Of a stretch of 64,000 nt of DNA, positions 1 through 11,265 are shown in pieces. Within the stretch, counting starts at the first letter, position 1, and every line of letters begins with the position of its first letter. A model generated the notes under the pieces. It was not told the origin of the DNA, did no database searches, and saw only the letters and a program-made list of their open reading frames with translations. A program made the translations under genes and the position numbers. This DNA comes from Ginglymostoma cirratum. Its lineage: Eukaryota. The DNA lies in assembly GCA_024137785.1 (NCBI GenBank), contig JAHRHZ010000140.1, positions 19,267,707 through 19,331,706 on the forward strand, read 5' to 3'.

Positions 1-245
1 CGTCAGGGATCTGGGTTCGATTCCACCCTCGGGCAACTGTCTGCATGGGTTTCCTCCAGGTGCTCCGGTTTCCTTCCACAATCCAAAGACATGCAGGCTA
101 GGTGGATCGGCCATGCTAAATTGCCCCTAGTGTTCAGGAATGTGTAGCTTAGGTGGCTTATGGGGGGTCAGGGTGGGATGCTCCTAGGGTTGGTGTTGAC
201 TTGTTGGGCTGAAGAGCCTGTTTCCACACTGTAGGGATTCTATGA
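1..245 (+). mobile_element. HE1-like tRNA-derived SINE (V-SINE), cut at its 5' end by the window edge
   Basis: Box-B-like gggttcgattcc, V-domain ggtttcctccaggtgctccggtttccttccaca, CR1-type tail ...gtagggattctatga; homologous to the copies at 9941, 26464 and 28672. Confidence 0.8.
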
Positions 246-445
246 AAGGGTCATGGGGAGAAGGGGGTAATTTAGGGGAGGATTTTTCACACAGAAGGTG
301 GTGGATGCCTGGAACACACTGCCAGTGGAGGTGGTGGAAACAAGCATGTTAGCAACATTTAAGATTCACCTTGATAGACACACAAACGGAAGGCAAACGA
401 TGGATGGAAACTGTGTACTGGCAATAAGTAGAAAATAAGGATTAG
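246..445 (+). mobile_element. CR1/HER1 LINE 3' fragment
   Basis: ttcacacagaaggtggtggatgcctggaacacactgccag...gtggtgga resembles the other CR1 3' ends in the window. Confidence 0.6.
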
Positions 446-559
446 GAATCAGCGCAGGCTTACTCTCGGCTACTTCATATATAACATTTCAGAAAGTACA
501 GTATCAATATCATTTCATAAACATTTATACAAAAACAATGAACTAACATACAAGCTCTA

Positions 560-665
560 AAATAAAACAAGAGAACTGTAAATGCTAAAGATCTGAAATG
601 AACAAAAGCAGAAACTGGTGGAAAAACTCAGCAGGTCTGACAGCATCTGCAGAGAGAAAACAATT
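560..665 (-). mobile_element. Decayed PLE terminal-repeat fragment
   Basis: gaaaaactcagcaggtctgacagcatctg matches the reverse complement of the PLE end at 6930-6999. Confidence 0.55.
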
Positions 666-878
666 TCAGAAACTTTCAGAATGAATTCTGTACTTCCAAG
701 AAAGGGTCAAAATATTATTCTCCTACGCTTTTTATTTTTCTTTGCTTAAAATAAAGGCTGTGTCTAATAACTGCATTAACAGGGCCTTGAATTTTCCTTA
801 AATTAGCTGTTTTTATAACTAACTACTTCAATTGTAAGTTTTCAGAAACAATTCTTTCCTAACAAAGCTAACGCCTAC

Positions 879-1097
879 CTGGGCATTGAATAAAAGCCCA
901 TTCATTGTTTTTGTCTTTTGGACAAAGATCCGTATCAAGTGTCATTTCTTGGACATTCTTGCCAGCAGATTTCATTGGTCCTCTTGAAGAGCCTTCTACA
1001 CATTGTCCTTTCCCTGTATTTGCAGGATCATTACACCAACCACAACCAGGGTGTTCCAAACACTGTTGACATGTACGAAGTCCAGAACAATTTTGAG
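879..1097 (-). CDS. ATRNL1: ATRNL1 exon, 219 nt (PSI)
   Basis: tctcag|CT CAA AAT TGT...TGC CCA G|gtaggc; QNCSGLRTCQQCLEHPGCGWCNDPANTGKGQCVEGSSRGP...WAFIQCP. Confidence 0.95.
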
Positions 1098-1394
1098 CTG
1101 AGAAAGAAATGAAAAAAACATTATTAAATCTTAATTTAAATAAAAATTCAGAGATATTGCCTTCTTCTCACAAATACAACGTTCAAATTAAACATCCATT
1201 GGATAGAACAAATTGTTAACTCAGCCAGGTGAGAAGTGTAATGTGAAATATTATACAATAAAAGTTTAACAGTGAACAATCTGTGCAATTTTCATATTTT
1301 CTTTAAAACTGACAGTTATCGCAGATCTCAGAGTATGCTTCTCCATTATTATTCAATGATAAAGGTCTACATTTTCCATGTAGTCAGAACTGCC

Positions 1395-1530
1395 CAGTTC
1401 TGATGAAGGGTCACTAGACTCAAAGCATTAATGTTCTCTCTCTCTATAGATGTTGCCCAACCTGCTGAGTTTCTCCAGCACTACAACTTTTTGTTTCAGT
1501 TTTCCAATATCCAGTTTTTTGTTTTATTTT
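1395..1530 (+). mobile_element. Decayed PLE terminal-repeat fragment with degenerate hammerhead core
   Basis: cagttCTGATGAagggtcactagactc(aaag)...cctgctgagtttctccagca; homologous to 6896-6999. Confidence 0.6.
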
Positions 1531-3743
1531 AGAGCACTTCTCAATTTGTCTTCTCTTTGATTATCATCAATTCCATCTGCCTTTGTATTCCTAACGCATT
1601 TAGTTTTCTCTATGGAATTTGTTGGGTTGTTTTTATAAACTCCTCAGTTTAACCTTTCATCCAGGTTGATAAATTTGCAAATGGCAATTAAAGTACACAA
1701 TGATAGCCAACTGGTTTCATAGTTCAAGACTACTGGCAACAGAAACTAACCTATTATTAGGGTCCTCACTTTGTGCCATTTCCAAGAACGTCATCTGAAG
1801 GCTGGAAGCTTAGTTCCATTTTGGCAAGACTCATGACAGGAAAGTATAAATCATTCAGCAATCAACCCATTATAATGCTTTATTACAAAAAGTCAAACAA
1901 AGTTATGCACTTTTAACCTGCCCTTTTTTAAAAAGAAATTCTCGGACAATATGGTATTCTTTTTCTGTACAGGCCTATTTCACTTTAATTTGTCGCCTTC
2001 TAAAACAATTCCCAAAGCAAAAAGCAACAGTTAGAATGTACTCATTGAAGATGCAATCTTTTCCACTGAGCAAGTAAATTAACTCAAATCATCTCCATTC
2101 CCAAATACAATTACGTCTAACGATGATGGAACCAGTACTAAAAAAAAACCAAAAATATTTTGATTTAAATTTAATAATTTAAATATTAAATGTTATTTTA
2201 AAGGCCTCATCCCCTGCCAAGTTTCTCACCAAGTCAGCCTCTTTCAATCATTTCATACTAGACTGAAAATTCAGCAACCATGAGGTCACAAATTAAAACA
2301 CACATTTTGATTCTCTAAAATAATAGGCAGATAGCTGCACAATAAATGTTTGCCACATTTTTATGAAAACGAATTGAACAAAAAAGTATATGGACTCTAC
2401 ATTTTTCTAATTCTTACGTGCTCGAACTCTCAAGGTTATGTGTAAGTTTAGAACTGTCACAATCAAAATTGTTTTAAGTTTCAGGGAAATACAGAAATCT
2501 GAATGAATAGAAATCTACAATGTGCCATTTCTTTGTCACATCACTGTGTCGACATATGACATTTCAACAATATACTCTGTCATTAAGGTATTTATTACAA
2601 ATGATCTATCTTTTGATACAGAGGTTTTAAATATTGATCTTTTCACAAAGAAGCTTCAAATGGAATATTTTTGAAAGGCACTCTCTTTACTGTCTTTCCA
2701 ACTGCAGAGTGAGAATGCTGCAATGGCTCATTTAGCAACTTGCCTGACTCGCATTTAAATTAAACGTTCTAACAAAGGCCATTCAGTTGTCAAATTTGGT
2801 TTTCTACTAGTTTCTTCAAAACTGGTTCTATGCTGTAATCAATAGCCTTTCTACATTTGTTTACCGATTTCTTATAGACAACACACTAAATTATTTATGA
2901 CATGAGTATCAGCTCAATATTTGCCAAAATAAATTAGGAGTGATCATCACCTCAACCTTTGAACAAAAATTAATTCAAACAAAAGGAAAATCAGAATGAT
3001 AATGAAATACACAAGTAAAGTGGCAGACAGTGAACTGAATAGGTAAATAAGCATTCACTCCCTAAATCCCACACTTTTTTCTCCACCTAGTATCTGTTCT
3101 GTATTTTCCAATATTTTCCAGCAACTCTGCCCTCAGTCAATTGACAGAACTCAACGTAGGCAGTAGGCTCTCAACTGCAGCTGGAGAACTGGCCAGACGT
3201 TTGCATCAGCTCCTTTGGGAAAGAACATCAAACTGGCCAGCAGTAGAACGTCCTCAAAATCAAAGAGTCTGGGGTGGAAGTCCAACCCATCATGAGTAGT
3301 GACCAGTCAAAGGCAAACAGCTATTCACTGCTTGGTAGAACTGTTGGGTAAACCCAAGGTCACCAGTGAGTGGCAGTAGGAGGTGCCACTACAGGGTTGA
3401 AGTCACAGGGGATAGGGAGAGGGTCAACAGCAAAGGCAGGGCTCTCAGAAGTTCATTTATGATGCTCAGTCCCTTAATCACAAAATGAACATTGTCCTTA
3501 GTGATTGCCTTTCCAGCTTCATACATGGTCTCTCTCACCCACGGTGGGTCAAGAAAATCCCTAATTGAGCACTGATTGACCACTCAATTGACATTGGGTG
3601 GGATGGTTGTCCACGAGCCTGCATCCTTACTAACCTAATGGGGACAGAAGCAGGAAGGAAAAAGAGATCTAATTAAATTTCCCTGCCACCAAACACATTA
3701 AACTTACCCCATCCCAATTTTGACAGCAGCTTTACTTCAATAC

Positions 3744-6700
3744 TGTTATAATCTGTTTAATGTAAAGTCATCCACGTGGTCATAAATTTAGCTTTACTGA
3801 TTTAGTTGATTTTTCTGATGCCAGCTATAATTTACTAACCTAGAATGATTATGAATTTGTTGAATTGAGAGAGTTTTAGAGTCAGAGGCACCAAAAGGGA
3901 TTGAAAGGTATTAGCTTGCTTTTGATTTAGAAGAATCAAGAAGTGACTTTTTGTTTTTACTAGGAAAGGTCCAAAGTGTGGTTTCAATTCGCAGAATACC
4001 TGGAGGAGATTAAATCCGAGAACAATTTCTCTTGGACAAAGAAGTTAGTTCAGGACAAGTCAGAAAGAGGTTACTGTAGTGCAGGGTTTTAGTTTAAATT
4101 CCAGACCAAAATTTTTAGTTGGAACCACGAATGGGTTATTTGAAGTTAACAAAGTTTAAGCCGTGATGTTCAACATTCCATGGATAGCTGCTCTGACCGC
4201 ATCCAGAGGTCAACACTCAGTGCCATGCAGTGCCACATGCACACTCTCCAAAAGCATCACAACACACTGGCTCAGGGTTGCATCACTCCGCAGTTCCACT
4301 TCATCCTCCGGCTCATTCATCATTCTAGCAATAAACTTTTTCTTGTCTGTTCAGGCATCAAGGCCCACAAGATGCAACAACCCAAAGATACCCATGGCCC
4401 TCTGGAACCTTCCGGTCCTCCCCTTCCTTCTGACTCCATCCCCTCCCCCAACACCCACGCCCCCACCACCTCCTGTCAGGTATTCACCATCCCTCCTAAC
4501 CTTCCGCTCTCCAATGCTAAACGTTCTGTACTCAGCAAAGGCCTCAGCTTTAATCCTCTGCGTCCCCACCTTAACAAATTTCAGACACAACATGATGCTG
4601 AACTCTTCTTCTGCCATCTTCGCCTCCGTGCTCATTTCTTTGGACAAGAGTCCTCTCCCTGTCCACAGACCCTTTCGACCAGTTCCAACACTCTCCCTCC
4701 ACCTGGACCCCTCCCCCTCTGGCCTTTTATCTGCACTTGATCTGTTCATGGAGAACTGTCAGCATGATATTGGTCGCCTCAATTTCTCTGCACCTCTCAC
4801 CAAATCCAACCTACCTCCCTCCGAACTGACTGAACTCCATGCACTCAGATTTAACCCTGACTTTGTTATTAAGCTTGCCAATGAGGGTGGTGCTCTTGTA
4901 GTCTGGCGTACATACCTCTACCTTGCAGAGGCTGAGCGCCAACTCTCCAATACCTCCTCCTCCCCTGGACCATAACTCCACCATGACACATCAGGCCATT
5001 GTATCTACTACAGTAACTGATTTCATTTCATCCTGTGATCTCCCCCACCTCTGCTTCCAAGCTGATAGCCCCCCAGCCCTGCACAGCTCGCTTCTACTTC
5101 CTCCCAAAAATCCACAAACAGGACTGTCCGGGCAGACCCATTGTTTCAGCCTGCTCCCGTCCCACAGACTCATCTCTTCCTACCTTGACTCAGTAATCTC
5201 TCCCCAGTCCAATCTTTGCCCACATACATCCACGATTCCTCCGACGCCTTACGCCAGGTTCAAAACTTCCAGTTTGTCAGTTCCAGCCAACTCCTCTTTA
5301 CCATGGACGTGCAATCCCTTTACATGTCTATTCCTCACCTGGAGGGTCTTGGGGCTCTCCGTTTCTTCCTGGAACAAAGACCTGAACCATCACAACGCAC
5401 CACCACCCTCCTCCACCTGGCCGAGCTTGTCCTCACCCTCAACAACTTCTCTTTTAACTTGTCTCATTTTCTTCAGGTGGCCATAGGTACCCACATGGGC
5501 TCCGGTTATGCCTATCTGTTTGTAAGGTACGTGGAACATTCCTTGTTCCAGTCCTATTCCAGCCCCCACCCACAACTCTTTCTCCAATACATCAATGATA
5601 TCATTAATGCTGCTTCCCTCTCTCAACCGTAATTGGAAAACTTCATCAATTTCCACTCCAATTTCCACGCTGCCATCACTGTCACCTGGTCTCTCTCTGA
5701 CTCCTCCCTTCCCTTCCTCGAAATTTCTGTTTTGATTTATGGGGATAAACTGGCCACTAATATCCACCACAAACCCACAGACTCCCACAGCTACCTGGAC
5801 TATACATCCTCACACCCTATTTTCTGTAAAGACTCCATCCCGTTCTCTCAGTTCCTCTGTCTCCGTCGTATATGTCCAAATGAAGCCAACTTCAACAAGG
5901 GAGCCTCCGAAATGTCCACCTTCTTCCTCAACCGAGGATTCCCTAGCTCAGTGTTTGACACGGCCCCCAACTGGATCTGATCCATCTCCCGCACGTCTGC
6001 CCGCACCCCTTCTCCTCCCTCCCTCAACAGCAATAGGGTTCCTCTTGTCCTTTCCCATCATCCCACCAGCATCCACATCAGACGCCATTTCCGCCACCTC
6101 CAGTAAGATGTCACCACCAGACACCTATTCCCTTCCCCTCCCCTCCCCTCCCTTGTCCGCCTTTTGCAGGGACTGTTCCCTCTGGGACACCCTGATCCAC
6201 ACTTCCTTTACCCCCAACACCTCCCCACAGCCCTACGGCACTTTCCCCTGTACCCAGTGAAGATGCAACACCTGCCCATTTACCTCTCCCCTCCCCAGTA
6301 TCCAAGGGCCCAAACATACCTTCCAGGTGAAGCAACGCTTCACATGCACTTCCCAGAATCTCGTCTATTGCATTCGCTGCTGACGAAATTGGTCTCCTCT
6401 ACATTGGGAAAATGAAGTGTAGACGAGGTGACCACTTGGCAGAACATCTACGTTCTACTCGCAAAAAGACCCTGAACTACCGTTGCCTGCCACTTTAACG
6501 CACCACCCTGTTTCCTGAACAACATCTGTCTCTGGGTTGCTGCAGTGTTCTAGCAAAGCTCAAGGCAAGCTAGGAGAACCTCAATTTCCGCTTGGGGACC
6601 CTGCAGCCTTCCGGACTCAATATGGAGTTCAATAATTTTAGGGCCTAAACTCTCCCATGTCCCACCCCCCACCCACACACCAAGCCTTGTTACCACGTAG

Positions 6701-7386
6701 CCTGCCATTACAAACTACCTGTTATTAGTCACTAATAGTCCCCATGAAAACTATTCATCCTCCCAACCTGATCGTTATCAACTCTGTCTGTCTCAATGTT
6801 CTTCTCTCTCTTTTGGCTCTATCCTATCGTTTACTCCCTTCCCCATCCCCCTCCCCTTTTTTCTGCATATACAATGACGTTTTCCCAGCCACTATCAGTT
6901 CTGAGGAAGGGTCAGTGGACCCAAAACGTTAACTCTGTTTTTTTCCTTCTCACATGCTGATAGACCTGCTGAACTTTTCTAGCATCTTTGTTTTTGTTCC
7001 AAAGTTTAAGCTCAGTTGTGTGAATGATCAAGGAAGAGACTATTCACATCTCAAGATCAGAAACTGAAAAAGAAACAGTTATCTTAAACTTTTGGATGTG
7101 ATAAAGAAGGGAATTTGCTGATATTTGAACAGTGTAAAGTAATGGTATTGGGAACAGTTGGGATTTTATTTCAAATTGTGTTATACACTATGTAAATTGA
7201 TGAGTTTATCCTATTTATCTTCATTTCTTGTTTACTAAACTCCTGTTTTATTGTTGAAAGCAAATCTGCAGCATTGCGTGCTATTGTTTCAGTGAAAGAC
7301 CACTATGTTAAATTGAAATAAAATGATCTATCAAATCAGATATCAGTCTGGGACTGACTTGTCCAGTAGTACCATCAACTGGGACA
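3744..7386 (+). mobile_element. Putative solo LTR-like repeat interrupted by the PLE at 4162-6999
   Basis: Joined flanks (4130-4161 plus 7012-7385) align by eye with 12990-13366, which ends ...atcataaca; tgttata at 3744 is a plausible TG start. Boundaries approximate. Confidence 0.45.
4162..6999 (+). mobile_element. Penelope-like retroelement, near full length and frameshifted (RT plus GIY-YIG endonuclease)
   Basis: ORF pieces: VIKLANEGGALVVW (KPADKGGA-like), LFTMDVQSLYMSIPH, YIND (YIDD-like), HKPTDSHSYLDYTSSHP..CKDSIPFSQFLCLRRIC, and GIY-YIG region FTCTSQNLVYCIRC...LYIG. 12-bp TSD caaagtttaagc at 4150-4161 and 7000-7011. Confidence 0.9.
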
Positions 7387-8818
7387 AGTGGGATGTAGGG
7401 CCTTCTAATTGCTCAGTAGGGCAAGGGTCTAGAACATTCCAACAAGTCCAAAAAGCAGCAAGGTTTGGGTAGGGGTTAAGAACAGTGAAAACCAGAAACC
7501 TAACTCAAGAATGCCCAATTATTCATGAAAGTATATCACAGTTCTGGACCTAATTGTCTTAATGCGAAAGGCAGCTACAATTACCCTATTGCCATGGGGC
7601 TCCTCCCTGAAAGTCTAAGTAGTCAAAGCCATAAAAATGTCAACTGTACGAGAAGTCCTACAGTTAAAGGCATGAGTAGAACAATAGCTTTATACGAAAC
7701 ATTGTTTGGGCCATGGTTAGAGTACAGACTTCAGATTTAAGTCTTTTTTTTGTTGAAAGAGCTTCAAACACAAAGAAAGTGTATAGCTCTACATTCAACA
7801 GGATGATGCCAGCAACAAAAATGGAAAGTTGAGACATGTCGTGAGAGATTAGGCCAATCCTGACTTTTATATGCTCTACAGTCGTAAGGTATTTTGAAAT
7901 GCAATATTCTATATTCACACAAGTAGTTTATGGCTTTTATTAACATTCAGTAAAAGCATAGCCACCGTTAGAATATTATACAAGTAGGCATGAGACACTA
8001 CAGTAATCCGCTTCAATTTCATTCAGAGTTAATAACATGCTAAATAGCATATAATAAAACTATTAGTGTCAAAATTAAATTCTGCTCAATGATTTCTTTG
8101 AAAACAATTTGTAAGATGGCATTCAAATATCTCTTTCTGGTATCTAAATGAAGCATGGTGAACAATATTAAGTCGACATAAAATAATTATTTTGTCACCT
8201 GTGGAAATGTGGATAAATACATAACTGCAGTTCGTTCTACTGTAAACTGTTGTACTACTTGATCGACGTGGATCTAAAAGGTTGATATTTTCTACTTCTT
8301 GGTGATTCAGTAAATAAGCATCAGATTCTCTTTTCAGTCTTTAATTCCAAAAAGACTTGAAAAATGATAAAAGAGTTTCAATTTTTAAACATGAGAAGCT
8401 AGTATAACACCTACGTTTTGGACTTTTGGAGAGATTGATTGAAAAAAAAATCACGTATCATACCATTCCCTTGTTAATTTTACCCTCTCCTTTCCTATGC
8501 ATATTGGCTCTTTACTGCAAAACAGTTACACAGGCACCAGCACCATCGAGCAAATTATTTGGTGACTAATTTTTTAATGCATGACTACTGCTATTTAACA
8601 TTCACATCTAGATTTCATCCAGTACTCTTACAACAGCCACATACATTTGCTTCGAGCACAGGTTATTGGGAAACACCTTAAAGTGGCTATCTTCGTCATT
8701 ATTTATCCTCGTTGCGTGTATTTAGGTCAATTGCAGTATCCCATCATGAGATCCTTATTGGATAAAGTTGCTATTCAACCAAGAGATGCCTTGTAAAACA
8801 AAATAATCAAGTACTTAC

Positions 8819-9007
8819 AAAGACAGTTCACAGTTTGCCACTCCATGCACTGTCCATATGGAAAAGAAATTACATATGTATTTGAATCCACACAACGCTT
8901 AGCACTGCTGCACCACATACATTCCACATTCTGGCTTGTGCAGTTCGAACAAGTTGTTCGGAGGGAGCAAGGTGTCTTGCAGGGTCTGGCTTTTTGATTT
9001 GGACTGA
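8819..9007 (-). CDS. ATRNL1: ATRNL1 exon, 189 nt (PSI)
   Basis: tttacag|TC AGT CCA AAT...TGT CTT T|gtaagt; SPNQKARPCKTPCSLRTTCSNCTSQNVECMWCSSAKRCVDSNTYVISFPYGQCMEWQTVNCL. Confidence 0.95.
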
Positions 9008-9643
9008 CTGTAAAAGAAGAACATGTCTCTTACTCAGAATTAAACTAAGCAATAAAATTACAGCACTTTTCAGTCAGAATATCAATTGTTTACAATTTGT
9101 TCCCAATGTGTGGCTATCACGCAGAAAAATTGGAACAAGAGGAATCCATTTGGCCCTTCAAGGCCATTCCACAATTCATTATGATCAAGTTTGATCATCC
9201 AACTCAGTAACCTGCTCGCACTTTCACCCTTTCCCCAGCAATGGCGTTAGCCCCATGAAATGCATCTATTAAATTTTTTTGGCTTCAACTGCTTTCTGTG
9301 GCAAAGAATTCCATAAACTCACTACTCATTGGGTGAAGAAATTTCTCCTCATTTAAGTTCTAAATGGGCAACTTTCTATTCTTAGACTGTGTCCCCTGGT
9401 TCAGGAACATCCTTCCTGCGCTTATCCTGTCTAGCCCCGTTTGAATTTTACAGGACTCCAGAAGACTCTTCTCCCCTCATTCTTCTAAACTGCAATGTAT
9501 ATAGGTTCTAACCAACCCAGTCTCTCATCATACATCAGTCTTGCCATCACAGGAATCAACCTGGTAGACATTCAATGCACTCCCTCCATAGCCAGAACAT
9601 TTTTCCTCAGATAAGGAGACCAAAACTGTACACAACACTCCAG

Positions 9644-9868
9644 GAACAAAAACAAAGTTGCTGGAAAAGCTCAGCAGGCCTGGCAGCTTCTGTAAAGGAA
9701 AAAAACAGTGTTAGCGTTTTGGGTCCGGTGAATTCTGAGGAAGGGTCACCGGATCCGAAACGTTAACTCTGTTTTTTTCCTTCACAGATGTTGCCAGACC
9801 TGTTGAGCTTTTCCAGCAACTTGGTTTTAGTTCCTGATTTACAGCATCCACAGTTCTTTTGGTTTTTA
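9644..9868 (+). mobile_element. Non-autonomous inverted-repeat element made of PLE termini
   Basis: About 87-nt inverted arm, direct arm and about 30-nt tail; TSD acaacactccag/acaatactccag (9632-9643, 9869-9880); same family as the 3' end of 4162-6999. Confidence 0.85.
9730..9769 (+). ncRNA. Minimal type-I hammerhead ribozyme motif (GUU site)
   Basis: gaauu CUGAGGA A GGGUC-ACCG-GAUCC GAAA CG UU aacuc; core intact, stem I has one mismatch, stem III reduced to the ACGU palindrome. Confidence 0.65.
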
Positions 9869-9940
9869 ACAATACTCCAGATGTGGTTTCATCAAGGTTT
9901 TGGACAATCACAGCAAGACATCTCTGCTTTTGTACTCAAA

Positions 9941-10256
9941 TCATAGAATCATAGATCATAGAATCCCTACAGTGGAAACAGGCCCTTCAGCCCAACAAGT
10001 CCACACCGCCCCTCAGAGCATCCCATCCAGACCCATCCCCCTATATCCCACCTAATCTACACATCCCTGAATACTACGGGCAATTTAGCATGGCCAATCC
10101 GCCTAGCCTGAACATCTTTGGACTGTGGGAGGGAACCGGAGCACCCGGAGGAAACAGACAAGGGGAGAACATGCAAACTCCAGACAGGTGGAATCGAACC
10201 CAGGTCTCTGGCGCTGAGAGGCAGCAGTGCTAAACACTGTGCCACCATGCCGCCCC
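9941..10256 (-). mobile_element. HE1-like SINE
   Basis: Minus strand: ggggcggcatggtggcacagtg...gggttcgattcc...V-domain...(ttctatga)n tail. Confidence 0.85.
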
Positions 10257-10287
10257 ACACTACGAAGGCCAACATATCATTTACTTT

Positions 10288-10385
10288 GAGATAAAACGTT
10301 GTGGAGCTGGATGAACACAGCAGGCCAAGCAGCATCAGAGGAGCAGGAAAGTTGACGTTTCGGGTACAGAACCTTCTTCAGAAAA
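10288..10385 (-). mobile_element. PLE terminal fragment with hammerhead-like core (10354-10382)
   Basis: Minus strand: ttCTGAAGAaggttctgtacccGAAACGTCaactttcctgctcctctgatgctgcttggcctgctgtgttcatccagctc. Confidence 0.75.
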
Positions 10386-10454
10386 TAGATACTTTATATA
10401 TAGGAAGAAGTTAGAAGTACTTTATATAGAATATATATTTTATATGCCTGTATA

Positions 10455-10460
10455 TATAAA

Positions 10461-10503
<43 letters not shown>

Positions 10504-10530
10504 ATATACTTTATATACTTCATATACTTT
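10455..10530. repeat. (TA)n microsatellite and AT-rich palindromic low-complexity tract
   Basis: About 18 TA units at 10463-10498 flanked by tatataaagtat motifs. Confidence 0.9.
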
Positions 10531-10665
10531 TTCTAAGAGGTCTTCCCTTTATTCTAAGGCTATGCCCTCAGGTCCTCGTCTCTCCTACCAATGGAAGCAT
10601 CTTCCCCACATCCACTCTGTCCAGGCCATTCAGTATTCTGTAAGTTTCAATTAGATCCCCCATCA

Positions 10666-10905
10666 TCTAGGCCAGACCAGGTAAGGATAGCATTTTCCTT
10701 CCCTAAAGGACATTAGTGAACCAGATGGGTTTTTTTTCTGACCATCAACAATGATTCATGGTCATCATTAAACTCTTCATTCCAGAGTGATTTTTTTTTT
10801 CTACTGAATTCATATTCCACCATCTGACATGGGTCCTCAGAACATTACCTGGGTCTCTGGATTAACAGTCAAGTGATAATGCTACAAAGCCTTCGCCTCC
10901 CCCTG
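10666..10905 (-). mobile_element. Second SINE family (tRNA-like head plus body)
   Basis: ccagaccaggtaaggatagcattttccttccctaaaggacattagtgaaccagatggg; homologous to 13425, 19455, 27650, 41530 and 45830. Confidence 0.7.
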
Positions 10906-11265
10906 CACATAACTATGGCTCAGGGCCTTCAGGGTATAGCATTCTCCAGAATGAGGATAATCAACGTAATAGAATGCATGCCACAATATTCACAGTTGAT
11001 ACAGAAGCAATATATTGACATGCACAGAATGCATACAATACTTTAGAGATTGGGCTAGTTAGTGGCACTTTTGGTGCCAATAAGTAACTGCCAGTTGTGT
11101 CTCAAATGGCGGCCCTTCCAGAAGGCCATCCAAAAGTTGAGGCAGTCAGTAATGCAAACAAGAGAGCCTTCTCTCATGGATGCCATCAAATCAATTGCCT
11201 CTTTGGTTCAAGTGAAGGGATCATTATACAGCAAAATCCTGCAACTTCGGCTGCTCCAGTAGTCA

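Larger units (their letters stand above)
9120..9940 (-). mobile_element. CR1/HER1 LINE 3' fragment, interrupted by the hairpin element at 9644-9868
   Basis: Reverse complement resembles the CR1 ORF2 end and 3' UTR at 23440-24180. Confidence 0.65.

Noticed and set aside
4163-6415. Cluster of long ORFs as a nested host gene
   Set aside because: They are frameshifted pieces and shadow frames of one PLE, bounded by a TSD.
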